64,000 nt of DNA. Source: Lophium mytilinum. Lineage: Eukaryota. The notes under the pieces were generated by a model. The model saw only the letters and a list, made by a program, of their open reading frames with translations. It ran no database searches and had not been told where the DNA came from. Positions 24,810-37,084 of this stretch are shown here, in pieces (within the stretch, counting starts at the first letter, position 1; each line of letters begins with the position of its first letter). Location of the stretch: the NCBI GenBank assembly GCA_010093605.1, contig MU004199.1, positions 868,001 through 932,000 on the forward strand. Direction: 5' to 3'. The position numbers and the translations under genes are program-made.

Positions 24810-27184
24810 AATGGCCTTAGGGCAAAAGAGTGTAAATTGATAATAGAAGACGCCTGTGAGAGTCCAATTCTCCTTCATGGCTTTCCAAACGCTTGACCTC
24901 AATTGCCAGACGGCAACGGCACAATCAGGCTATATATAACGAGTAAGAGACCTGCGGAGCAGACAAGCGATTGCGTACCATGGTACTTGGGGTATGTACG
25001 GAAAGCCATGTCTCGGTCCATTAGGGTGTTCGCGAGTTTGCTCTGGGCTGACTCGATGTCGAATTCTACGAATGAGCTCGTTTTCAGAATGCATAGACTA
25101 GGAAACGGAAGTACCTTTGTAACGCCGAGATGCTTCCAACTTCCGCGCACTGCATGCACACTCTGAAAGATAAAAATGTCTAGCTACGCTGATAGAGAGA
25201 TACGTTGAAGCATAGAACGCTTTCCGAATTCATTTGGCCCTGTAGTTGGTCCTGGAGGTTGGTGAGATGGAAACGTAGTTTTGGTTATGCATCACTAAAA
25301 ACCGCTCTCCCCGGGCTGAGGCAAGGAAGCCGCCACTTGTTGATATCAGGAGTGGCTCTTGCACCCGCCGCGAGAGAGCGTAGTCGGCCCAGTCATCCTG
25401 AAAAAGAGCGAGATTTAGCGGAAGGTTTGAATATCATGCCACGAGTCAACCGCGCCATTCCCCACGCCATGGATATTCAGAAACCGTACGAATTGCGGAG
25501 CTGAGTCCGTCGTCCTGGGCCACAAAGGTTACAAGCCGGGGCAGGGTTTGGGGTACCAACAACGGGACTGGCGTTAAATGGCGCGGGATGGTCCCAGGGC
25601 TCAGCCGAGAAAGATCCGCCATGCATAAGCTGGATGCAGGGCGCTACTGGGTGTCTATCGTTTGCACGACTTTTTGCTTTTCTCCGTTCAAGCTCCTCAA
25701 GCCTCCAGTCTCCCGCCCGCTTCTTGCCTGCATCTGCCTATCGGCTTACCGTCAACACGGCTCTAAATCCCAATTCCTTTCCAAAAGCGACGCGTGTACG
25801 CCTAGGCGATTGTACGAAATGCATGCCACGTGCATATATCCCAAACCACTTCTCAGGCATCGGCCTGCTCGCCTGCCTATACTGGATTAAGACGACCGAT
25901 CTGCTTTTACCGCATGCTAGCGTGCCTTTATCGTCTGTCCATATCATACACGACAAGGGTTTTAACGGAGCCAATCACCGCTGTCGCGCACAGAGCTTTA
26001 CGCCCCGAGCAGGGAACTGTACTTCGACATTTAATGACGGGACTCAGGTCTCACAATCGGCCGCAAGTACAGGACCTTCTCACGTCCGGTGACCTAGTGT
26101 GGAAACTGAGTCGACCCCTGTGAACCTCCTTTTCTAGGCTAATAATGAGCCTACTTGAAGATTTATTGGCCAGGCGGCTATTATTCCCCCCTGAAGGCGT
26201 CTGGGATTGTAACCCCATACGGTACTCTGTGGCTTGATTTTGACGCTAGATCACCGGACGTGGGAAGATGCTGTACTGTACTGTAGCCGTCTTACCATGG
26301 GCGTGGTTAGCGTGTAGGCAGCTGTAACGGCAGGACGGTAAATTCCGGCCTTGCAAGCTGATGAGAGAGATAACATGGACCAGGATAGCCTTCAGAAGGT
26401 CGGAAAGCCTTTTGTTACGCCTCATATATGAAATTCGCTAACCACAACATGCGGCCATAAGCTGTCTGTAGTCTGCCCGACACGAGAAAACGCCATTTGG
26501 TACTTGCACAACTACACCGCCACGTGAAAACATCATTTGGTATTTCCACAACGTGTACAGCGCAGGGCAATCCTCGTGGAGGGTCTGATACAGCGTCTTG
26601 ACACGTCCGGTGAACTAGCGTCGATTTGAAGCCACAGGTGGAATAGCTGGGATTAGAACGGAGGATGCCCATTTTCGGACTAAAAATTACCAAGGCTGAG
26701 CCAAATCTGCTAAAAGCACAGTACCCCGAGGCGTTACTTTCAAGACTATCCTGCTTTTGTGGTAGACTTTCGCAGCTTGGTTTCCGCGCTGGACCACCGG
26801 ACGTGTCTACGTACATGCTGTACATATCCTCCAAATCCTTGCATCGCGTCACATCACAACGTCGCATTACTTTCTCAACTTCCATAAGTACATACGTTTT
26901 GAGATTCGACCACAAGCAGCCCTAGCGCTAAACTTCCGGAGGAGCGTTGAAGAAACCTTATGACAGAGACGCGTCAGAATGTGTAGATACTTACTTCTTG
27001 GTCGCTAATTCTGCATCACCCCTTGTCGCTCTTCTACGTAACCCCCCCGTCTTGGTAACTCGGCGACTTTGTCACTTTACCTCTTTTTCAAGCTGGACAG
27101 GTCGCATGATGTCCCATTCCTCAGAATACATCAAGACACTCCAGGCCGTAGCCATCGAATACCATATATCACAACTTCTACTAT

Positions 27185-28480
27185 CTAGAAATCCGGAAAC
27201 GGTTCTAACCCCGCCCTAGCCTCCCTGTCCAACTGCACCCGCCGCGCTTCCAACATCCACCTCAAATGCCCACTATCATTCTCCTGCCCCGAGAACTCGC
27301 CCCCGTTATAAAACACCTTAACCTCTGGCACGCGATCATGCAGCTCCCACTGACAAACCGAGCACGCCAGTATCATCTTCCGCCTCAACATCGCCGAGTA
27401 CAACTTCCGTGTCGTCCCCACCAACCCCCCAATAGCTTCGTCGCACTCCTTTTCGCCGCTGCCGCACCTGAACCAGATGATCTCCGCCTGGTCAGTGGGC
27501 TCAGAGTAGGGTATTACGCAATCCCCGATTGATTGAACGTCGGCCAAGTCTGGTACGATATGCAGCCCGTCGACAGGTATGCCGGGACCAATATCGCCAT
27601 GTCGTGAAATAACTAATCGTTGCATCCGCTCGACTAGCTCACGGTGCTCTTGGCGAATTACAGAAGTCGCAGCTCCTCGCAAATTGGAAAAATCACGACC
27701 ATGCGTTTCTAGCGAGCGAAGAAAAGGCGTATTCCTCGGCGCGCCGGGGCCTTCATCGATCTCCGGTCCCCCCGTGACTTGGAAATACTGCAATCTCTCG
27801 CGGCTATCATAGTACAGCCCACGGGCTCTGGCGACGTTCAGCGAATGTCTGACCACCGTTCTACTACGCGGACGCCCTAGCTCGGGCCAGCTCTCGTTCT
27901 CGTTAAACCGTGGCCTTGGTTCCCGTTCGGGGGAGTATATGGTGGTCGTGGCCCAGTCGTGGTTCTCGTCGAGTGAGGTGAGAAAGTTCGGTGAGCGAGA
28001 CCATGCTTGCCAGCGGTATCCACCGTTCTCATGGTCGGATACGTACTCGCCCTCCTCGTCTTCTTGAGCCCTTTCGACGATCCGGCGGAGGTCGGTGTAG
28101 AGAGGGCTTCTGGGGAGTTGATCGATGGACCAACGCCTCCTCAGGTCAGGACGCAACGGTACTGGTGCATAGCGAGAGCGAGTACGGCGTGGACTGTCTA
28201 GACTAGGTCGCGGTCTGGTTGGAATGGGTCGTTGTATATTCTGGTTGATTTGTCGTAGAGCTGATGCATTCGAGTAGAATGGGGGAGCAGGCTGTAGTCT
28301 AGGCGGACTGGGCCGTGCTGGGAGTCCAGAAAGGTCTGTGTAGCGAGGCCGTATATCATTGATCAAAGGCCACCTCTGGCGGTTTGGAGTAGTTGGAGCG
28401 GGCGGATCGATTGGACTTCCCCCTGTGTGCATAGTTGATGATTCGAATTGTTCCCGTAAAGATGTAGGAATGGTGAACAT
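27185..28480 (-). CDS. Hypothetical protein, Pro/Arg-rich disordered N-terminus and Cys-containing globular C-terminus
   Basis: 431-aa intronless ATG-initiated ORF. C-terminal ~110 aa include C..., CGSGEKEC and CSVC. Confidence 0.7.
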   Translation of the reverse strand: MFTIPTSLREQFESSTMHTGGSPIDPPAPTTPNRQRWPLINDIRPRYTDLSGLPARPSPPRLQPAPPFYSNASALRQINQNIQRPIPTRPRPSLDSPRRTRSRYAPVPLRPDLRRRWSIDQLPRSPLYTDLRRIVERAQEDEEGEYVSDHENGGYRWQAWSRSPNFLTSLDENHDWATTTIYSPEREPRPRFNENESWPELGRPRSRTVVRHSLNVARARGLYYDSRERLQYFQVTGGPEIDEGPGAPRNTPFLRSLETHGRDFSNLRGAATSVIRQEHRELVERMQRLVISRHGDIGPGIPVDGLHIVPDLADVQSIGDCVIPYSEPTDQAEIIWFRCGSGEKECDEAIGGLVGTTRKLYSAMLRRKMILACSVCQWELHDRVPEVKVFYNGGEFSGQENDSGHLRWMLEARRVQLDREARAGLEPFPDF

Positions 28481-28973
28481 TCGCGAGGGGTAACAATAGA
28501 CGATAGCTGTGCTTTCGTGAACTTATACTGTGCTCTGAACGACTGGATGGTATCCGAATAAGTGCACGAAGGTATCCAAACAATGAGAGGATATCGAAGC
28601 GATTGGTAATATCAGAGCGATTGGAAGGTATCAATGCGTTGATATGCGCTGTGATGCTGGTTGATGAGAGGACTTGAAAACCCCACGGCCTTTCAGTACA
28701 GCTGCAAAGCCTAGGAAAGGTCAGAGCTGCCATCTCTAACTCCTGCTCTTGCAGGTGCCATACTGTCGGCGGAGACTACCTTAATGTCGAGTCAACTCTC
28801 AACCCTCACCTGCCTCTCACCGCTCATCACTACTTCCACTTCCCACGGCACCTCTCCAAACATCAGACCACTTTTCCCTCCATCTTCAACTCCTTCGCAA
28901 GTACTTCATCCTTTCAGTTTTTCTCTTTCGAACAATCACACTCCGCAGCACTACTTGGTCCACGAAACTCATC

Positions 28974-29992
28974 ATGATCGAGACGTTCAAAGACCTGAAG
29001 CATGGACGTTCCTCTGAAAAAACCTACAACAACCTTAGCCATGAACACTCCACAAAGGAGATCCTACATCACCTAGAAGCGAAGGAAAGCGAGGAAGTGC
29101 TTGACTCACTGCGGTCCCGTGTACTCTGTAAGCATTGTCCACCTCTCCGCATCTGATCTTCAATACGTCCACGCCCGCATCCCTCCTCCGTTAACACTAC
29201 CCTTTCACACCCACCCTCATATTTCTATGACCATCTTCCACTAAGCCCCCAGCTAACACATCCCCAGCCAACGCCCACACAATCTACGGCCCCACCCGTA
29301 CCCTCGACGTCGTAACCTATAGCCTGACCTCCTCCCGCAGAACCGTCGCCAGCATCGTCGAGCACAGCGCAACCGGCCGCTCCTACATCCACTGCAGCTC
29401 CGCGCGCGAATCCTCCCGCACCGAGGCTATCGAGCACCTCCTCGTCATCACCGAAGACCTTCTCGCCCGCATGGTCGACGCCCAGGGCATCGAGAGCTCC
29501 GGGTGGCTGCCGCTCAGCGCCCCCGGAGCGGCAGCAGCGAACAGCATCGCGGCGGCGAACAGCGCGGCCGGGGGCTCGACGGTCGCGAGCTCGATCGCGG
29601 GAAGCCTGCCGGGGAGCAGGAGGGGGAGCGTACAGCCACAACAGATGATGACGCCGCAGCAGATGATGACGCCGGTGCCGGGGATGGGGAGCATGGGAGG
29701 AATGGGGCTGATGAGCTCGTCGATGACGCTGACGCCGCGGGGTGGGGAGGCCTCGCCGGAGGGGTATAGCATCCCGCCGGGTATGGCGCTGGTGAGGCGG
29801 AGCAGCGATCAGACTTTGCGGCGGGCCGGTGATCAGAGTACGCAGCAGTGGAAAAGGAGTAGTGGGGATTTGGCGCAGCAGCAGCAGCAGGTGGGCGCGG
29901 TGATGCCGAGGACGAATAGTGATCTCATTCTGCAGCCGAAGCCGATGACGGGTGGGCGGGCAGTGAGGTGGGATATGGGGTCTGAGAGCTGA
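28974..29992 (+). CDS. Hypothetical protein with low-complexity C-terminus
   Basis: Exon 28974-29127, intron GTAAGC...GCTAAC...CCCAG (about 29128-29267), then an exon in frame with ORF 29471-29992. Strong GC3 codon bias. Confidence 0.65.
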
Positions 29993-30200
29993 GGGAGTGG
30001 GTGTTGGTTATGGTATGACTTGCAGGGATGAGTGTAAAGGATGGAGGTATGAGGGAAATTGATGGTATGAGTACGAAACCACGATTTTGAGTAAAGCGGT
30101 TGAAATGGAAGTATGAGAGGTAGCAGACCCTAAAACGATATCCATACACGCTTGCAAACTAAGGAAGAAAGGGATTGCAGGAAATGCACCATGCTCTTTC

Positions 30201-31168
30201 TCATTTGTTCGTTTCGTATCTGCTCTCTTGCTCCAACCAAGTGCCAAAATCCAACAGACCCGGATGCATTTCCTTTAGCTCCGTGATATTAGCGCCAAAG
30301 CCCTCGTCTCTGAAGAACCTGAACATATACCCGAAGTCCTTGAATAACGACCTTAGCATATACGAGATGAAAGGAAAAGTAAGCGGCATGTCTTTCCCAA
30401 TTTTATCCTTGAAGATTGCATTCGCTTGCTGGAACGTGAGTTCACAGCCAGCGAGTGGCAGAGACTTCGATTTGTATTCTGCTGGATTAAGGAACGCAAT
30501 GGCTGTAAATTCACCAATGTCGGCCATGGAGACTAGTTGCAACGGCTTCTCTTTTAGGTACAACTTCCAGGTCGTCGCGAAGAGCTTCGCGATGAAACCA
30601 TTGCTCCAGTTGTCCATGAAGGCAACTGGTTGGAGGATAGTCCAAATCATGTCTGTATCTTGTGCAGAAGCCACGAGATGGTGCTCGATCTTGTGCTTGC
30701 TCAGGTAATGCGGAATGTCGGTCGGGTTCTCGAAGCTCCTGGGCCCTCCGCGGTCTACAGAAGAGTACACGAAGTGGGATATTGAGTGTTTCAGGGCCGT
30801 ATCAATGAGGGCGTTGCCTTGAGTTACTTCTCTACCGCGTGAGACCTAAAACGCACGGTTTGTATTTCGCTCTCTCGGCGAGGGCCCATCTGAAAGGACG
30901 TATGATGGCTTACCTGAACGCTGAACACGCCCCAAATGGGCGTATCAACGAGTGACTCGGCAGCCTCGAACAGGGCCTCGGTATCATTTAGATTGCCTTG
31001 AACAAGTTTGATGTAGGGAGACTTGGCGGCAAGCTTTTGTGCTGAGGCGGAGGACGCATCACGTGTCACTGCCAGAATGTCGAACTGGGCATTGCGCGCT
31101 AGGAGGGCGTTGATGACTGCACTGCCTCGTGTTCCCGTCGCGCCTATGACAAGAATGGATTTGGTCAT
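30201..31168 (-). CDS. NmrA-like NAD(P)-binding protein
   Basis: ILVIGATGTRGSAV, VTRD, WGVFSVQ, intron, then HFVYSSVDRGG, HYLSKHKIE, WTILQPVAFMDN and DIG. Confidence 0.9.
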
Positions 31169-31729
31169 GGTTGAAAGAAAGAAATGAACTTTTTAGAGTG
31201 ACATGAAGCGAGGCTGGGATAGCGTAACAGAGATGAGTAGAGATAAGGAAGATGGGACTGTGGCACAAGCATTTACCAATAACAGCTGTGTTTATGATTG
31301 TTATTAAAACGTCGTATGGCTAGTAAATATATACATGCCAAGAAGCAAAGGGGTGCCTATTCAAGGGTATCCGCCCACGGACTAATTCGCACGCCCAGAC
31401 GCCCTAGATTAGGCGGGGTCAGATCCTTCGTGGAGAAACGCGGTCAAATGAACGCTCGTTAGTTCAAGCGAAGCGCAACATTCGTGTGAGTTTCGTGATG
31501 GATGGAATTGCCCAGAACTGGTGTTTTGGGGAGGAAGAGATGGTGGCGGTGGCTGATAAATTCGCCTCTGTCACGTGACTGTCGAATCAGAGCGGGCCAC
31601 TCTGAATTTCCATTGCCCCACGGCGCCGCCACCTAATAAACTTCCCTCTTTACTCTCCAGCAACCATCCATATACAGCACAACGAAACGCAGAAAACATC
31701 CTGCCCATTGAATATACTACTCGCTGAAA

Positions 31730-32738
31730 ATGTCACGAGCAGTAGGGCGAGTACCGCACCTTTTGAAATCTCACCGCAGTCGCTGATCATACAAAGACGC
31801 ACCACCGACTGGGCTGAGGAAGAAGACGAAGATTCGCCCCAGGCCCAGCTCCCACCGCCCCAGACCATCAAGAACAAGGACGGAACCGAGACCACCATCA
31901 CATACACGATCCGCGAGGATGGCAAGAAGATCAAGACGACCCGTCGCATCAAGAAGACGATCGTGAAGCGCGTTGTCAACCCCCGCGAAGCCGAGCGAAA
32001 AGAATGGGCCAAGTTCGGACAGGAGAAGGGCAAGGCGATCGGGCCGCAGAGCGATACCACCAGCGTTGGAGAAAATATTGTGTTCAGGCCGATGGCGAAC
32101 TGGAAGGCGTCGGCAGAGGACAAGAGTGAGAGCGAGAAGAAGAAGAACAACCTGAAGGATGCCAAGATCAAGTGCCGTATCTGTAGCGGAGACCATTGGA
32201 CTACCAAATGCCCCTTCAAGGACACCATGGCTCCAGAGGGGGATGTCGGCGCTGCTGAGGTACCTGGCGATGGACCCGATGAGCAGGGTGGATTGGGACA
32301 GGGCGGATCGAGCTACGTGCCGCCTCATCTTCGTGGCCGTGGTGGCGCTGGTGAGAAGATGGGAGGGAAGTACGAGCGGGATGACTTGGCTACTCTTCGC
32401 GTCACGAATGTATGTGTCCACGAGACCGTTAGTGAAGCCTACCTGCTAAACTTTTGCCTAGGTCAGCGAAATCGCCGAAGAACAGGACCTCCGAGACATG
32501 TTCTCACGATTCGGCCATGTCACCAGAGTCTTCTTGGCAAAGGATCGGGAAACAGGACGAGCAAAGGGCTTTGCATTCGTCAGCTACGCGGACCGGACAG
32601 ATGCTGCCAAGGCGTGCGAAAAGATGGATGGCTGTAAGAACCCGCTCTTTGTTCTTCAAACGGAATACTTGCTAATCCATACCAGTTGGTTTCGGACATT
32701 TGATCCTTAGAGTCGAGTTCGCGAAGAAGGCAACTTAG
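31730..32738 (+). CDS. TIF35: Translation initiation factor eIF3 subunit G
   Basis: DWAEEED, zinc knuckle [23 protein letters not shown] and RRM (TLRVTNVSE...KGFAFV...[10 protein letters not shown]). Introns at about 31747-31796 (GC donor), 32410-32461 and 32634-32685. Confidence 0.96.
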
Positions 32739-33280
32739 ACGTGCGTGGATAATGGAGAGAGAAGATCCATGGATTGGCATTAGTCAGGCGTTCAATATGG
32801 CGTACCCGGGTAGATTCACAACGGGAGAATGGTCAAAATGTAGCGTGTATTGGAGCACTTCTCCAAAAGCCTCAAAGCCATAAGATGATATGAATTAAAC
32901 CCTTGTTCATAAGCACATATTTGTACCCTAACTCTTCGAGATGATAAAAACCTTCAACCACAACATATGACCTAGCAGTAATGCCTCTTTTAATATTTCC
33001 ATGAACCATCATAATCTGCTATTTTATAGAGCGCACTGAACCTCAGTATCGTGGTTGCTTTTGCTTGGCGGCACTTTCCGGACGGGAGCACGCGCGGATA
33101 GCAAGCACAGCCACACCTTGACTTCGCTGACAACCTTGCAGTGATGCCAGACTCCAGCTCCATTCTCAATTCTTCGAACTCCCCCTTTTTCTCTCACAAG
33201 GCTCACTCATAATGATTCACGACCTATGACCTAATCCCGACTCCGCAAACGACGACTCGAGCAGGACACCTATCGCTGCT

Positions 33281-35686
33281 ATGTCCTCTTCCCCGACCTC
33301 CGCTTCTGCACGCGCCGAGCAGACCTCAAACGGCAAGCCGGTTGGAGGGGACCAACATGTCGAACTCGAGATACTGACGTCGGGAAAGCCCAGTATGCCT
33401 ATCGAAGAAGACATAATGCAACTGGCCCGGTTGGGGGAGATTGCGGCGATACAGAAATTATTCGATAGCGGGAAGTTCGATGCTAATTATGCTGACGAGC
33501 AAGGTATTACGCCGCTACACGTACGTACAGGATTTGCATCTTCTTGGAAACTTCAAGGAATATTCGCTGACATCTACTACGTTCAGTGGGCTGCAATCAA
33601 TAACCACTACGCTCTATGCCACTTCCTCATACAAAACGGCGCAAACGTGAATGCGAAAGGCGGCGATGCTATGGCTACGGCAGTGCTATGGGCTGCGAAG
33701 AGATGCCATTACTACGTGGTTCACCTTCTACTGCAGCATGGCGCCGACCCTCTCCTCACCGATGACCAAGGCTTTAATTTACTACACTCTGCGACTCTCG
33801 ATGGCAACGTCTTCCAACTCGTCCTACTTCTTCATCAAGATATTCCCGTGGATATTCCCGATGCGCAAGCGCATACCTCGTTGATGTGGGCGGCGTACAA
33901 GGGATTTCCTTCCTGTGTTGACTTGTTCCTCCGCTGGGGCGCGAACGTATATGCAAAGGACGACCAAGGATTCACTGCGTTACACTGGGCACTGGTGAAG
34001 GGATCGCAAGGGTCGATGCAGAAGTTGATCGAATACGGATCAGACAGATTTGCAAAGAACAATGACGGGAAGACACCGGCTACGACAGCCTCAGAAATGA
34101 ACACACAGCGACAGTGGTATCGGGCGCTCTCAGAATGCGGCTACAATAAGGACGGAACGACTAAGGACTTCCCGCTCTCTTTCATGGTTAAGGACGTCAA
34201 GACCTTCCTTAATCGGGCTACGTTCTTATTACCGTTTCCCATGATTTTCGCTAGCATGTATGCCCTGAGCCACATGGTTATATACTTTGCCATACCCACT
34301 GCTCTAGCCATAGTCTTCGGGTTGCAATGGATAGGGCAGTACTCTCTTCGGTGGGCTCCGTCGAACATGAAGAACATCGGACATACCGTATGTTTCACGT
34401 CTTTCAATTGAAGGAGGAACTGAGCTAATTTTTGAAAGCCATTCATGGCGGGCATTTTTACTGCTTCAATGTTCTGGGTTGGTGTTCGTTGGTTGACCAC
34501 ACTCCTACCCTGTAAGCATACAGAAATCGACTATTGCTACGATGCTAACTCCTCCAGGGACTTTCATGACTAATCCGTTTATCAACTTCTTCTTCGTCGC
34601 CTTTTACGCACTTTCAGGATACTTTTACTTCATGAGCATGAATGAAGATCCTGGCTTCGTGCCAAAATCGGGGAGTCGAAGTGGTCAAAAAGCTGTCATT
34701 GACGAGCTCTTGGAATTGCGTCAGTTTGACGAGCATCATTTCTGCGTTAACTGCATGGTTCGCAAGCCTCTCAGGAGTCGGCATTGCAAGAGATGCAATC
34801 GCTGTGTCGCAAAATCCGACCAGTACGTCCATGATCCATCCCTTCGATATGGTCAGTCTGCTAATGATAGTAGTCATTGCCCATGGGTGAACAACTGCGT
34901 TGCGAATAACAACCATCGTCATTTCTTTCTTTACGTTCTCACCCTAGAAATTGGCCTCATCTTTCTGATGCAGGTGGTCTTGGCCTGTACGTAGCAGCTT
35001 CGTGCCCTTTTTAGCCTTCACTAACACCGCCAGACCTCTCCATAATTCCGACACCAAAAGACGTTACCTGCAACGTCCTTTCCGATGACCTATGTAAAAT
35101 CCTACACAAAGACCCCTATACGATCGACCTCTCTATCTGGTGCGCAGCCCAGTCAATATGGGTAACCATGCTTGTTGTTGTCCAACTCCTCCAAATCGCC
35201 CGCGCCTTGACAACTTTCGAGAGCATGCGCGGCCATCTTAACAGCCAAACCCCCGGCGAAGCTCTCACCTCCTTCGTCACCACTGGCACCACATCCCAAG
35301 AGGTCACCGGCGCCTCCAACGGCTTCGGCTCTGGCCAGGACATTGGCGACCTGCCTCCTCGGCCTCACCAGCACCATTCCGTCTGGGACCAGTGGAAACG
35401 TCTCTTAGGCCTTGACACTTTCTTCGCCACCGCCTTCCGCGGCTCGCAGGGAAACCAGGCCCGCGATCGCGGGAACCCCTTTTCCCGGGGCATTATCACG
35501 AACTGCAAAGACTTCTTTTGTGATGGGTCGCCAGTCTTCGGATTTAAGGAGAATGGGTCAGCGAGGCTGGGAGGCGAGAGGGTCGATTACACGAGACTGT
35601 ATGAACCACCGCCGCGAATGACGATGCGCAGGACAGAAGGCAATAGAGCAGCTTATGCGGCTGTGGGTACGGACGATACAGTTTAA
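33281..35686 (+). CDS. AKR1: Ankyrin-repeat DHHC palmitoyltransferase
   Basis: About six ankyrin repeats ([31 protein letters not shown]), TM helices, the Cys-rich domain CVNC...[26 protein letters not shown] (DHHC across an intron), TTFE and NPFSRG. Confidence 0.95.
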
Positions 35687-36382
35687 GCCTCATGATGCAT
35701 GTATATTCTTAGCGTTCTTGTTTGGGCTCTGGATAAGGGTTTAGCGGGCGGGATGGTAGTTTGTATGCTTAGGTGCGTCAAATGATCTGGGGGTCAGTCG
35801 ACGATTACCACAGTGAAAGAAACATAACTTTTATCCTTCGAGTTGGCTTCTTTCTCGCTCTGGAGAAGGAATGATGACCTTCCTAGTGCATGGACTACTT
35901 CTCGATACCATTCTCAAACATGTCACTCATAAGATGTGCTTTTATGCTCCTCTGTCTATTGATAGGCGGAATGATGCATATTACGGTATGGGGTCTCTAT
36001 AAATCTCTAGGTAGAGCGGCAGGAAGAGCCGAGGCTCGCTATTGATCATCCCCACTTCAACCATTTCCACAATTTAGCACGTCTTACAACTCTACCATCT
36101 ACAAGCTCCCGCAAATAAACTTGGGCTTACTAGAAGAAACACCAACTCTCACACAAGCCTGAATCTTCCGTTGAGTTCGAAGAAAACGCTAGGCAACGAC
36201 TCCATTTTCAGCACCCGTCGCATATCCCACCTTACAATTTACCTAAATTCAAACTCCAGGCAAAGAGTCCTCAGCATCAACGTCTCAAACCTTCTTCCAC
36301 ACATCTGAAAGAAAACATCCATTTCAGCTACTTCAGAAACCCCACACCCATATACCCATACACCTCTTTCCCTCTCGTCAAA

Positions 36383-37084
36383 ATGCCCACAACCACCACC
36401 ACCACGGACTCATCATCACCGACCCTCTACTTCGGCTACGGCAGCAACCTCTGGCAGCACCAAATGCGCCTCCGCTGCCCAACCTCCCGCTACCTCGGCG
36501 TCGCGCGCCTGCCGAACTGGCGCTGGATCATTAACACGCGCGGCTACGCCAACGTCGTCGAAGTCTCCCCATCCAAATCAACACCCGCATCCCAGAATCT
36601 CACCTCTACTCCCCCAGCCACAGCGCAAAAGCACGCCGACGAAGTATACGGCCTCGTCTACGCCCTCCTCCCCGCCGACGAAGCGCGGCTGGACGTCAAC
36701 GAGGGCGTGCCGGAGGCGTATGGGAAGGAGGTGCGGGAGGTGGAGTTTTGGGGGCGTGGGGGCGATGCTGACAGTCCGGGCTGGACGGACGTGAGGAAGA
36801 AGGCGGTGAAGAAGGGCATGCTGGTGTATGTGGATCGGAAGAGGCTAGGGGAGGCGAAACCGAAGAAGGAGTATGTGCATAGGATGAATAGGGGGATTGC
36901 GGATGCGTTGGCGATGGGGGTGCCGGGGGGGTATGTGGAGGGGGTTTTGAGGGGGTTTATTCCGGAGGAGAAGGAGGAGGGGGGAGGTGAGGAGGAGGCG
37001 AAGGCGTTGAGGCAGGCGGTTAAATCTTGTGGACGAGGGTACGTTGGGGGTGTAAGTGGGGGATGTCGATGCTTTATAGCATGA
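36383..37084 (+). CDS. Gamma-glutamylcyclotransferase (AIG2-like/GliK-like) family protein
   Basis: LYFGYGSNL motif, QMRLRCP, GYANVV, VYGLVY and LDVNEG. The exact C-terminus is uncertain. Confidence 0.85.
   Translation: MPTTTTTTDSSSPTLYFGYGSNLWQHQMRLRCPTSRYLGVARLPNWRWIINTRGYANVVEVSPSKSTPASQNLTSTPPATAQKHADEVYGLVYALLPADEARLDVNEGVPEAYGKEVREVEFWGRGGDADSPGWTDVRKKAVKKGMLVYVDRKRLGEAKPKKEYVHRMNRGIADALAMGVPGGYVEGVLRGFIPEEKEEGGGEEEAKALRQAVKSCGRGYVGGVSGGCRCFIA

Noticed and set aside
24900..27100. Several 80-166-aa ORFs
   Set aside because: Mostly non-ATG starts, overlapping on both strands, without motifs or coding-like bias.
37010..37084. Possible +1 frameshift near the end of the cyclotransferase-like gene (alternative ending NLVDEGTLGV*)
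   Set aside because: Both endings are plausible, and this cannot be decided without homolog alignment.
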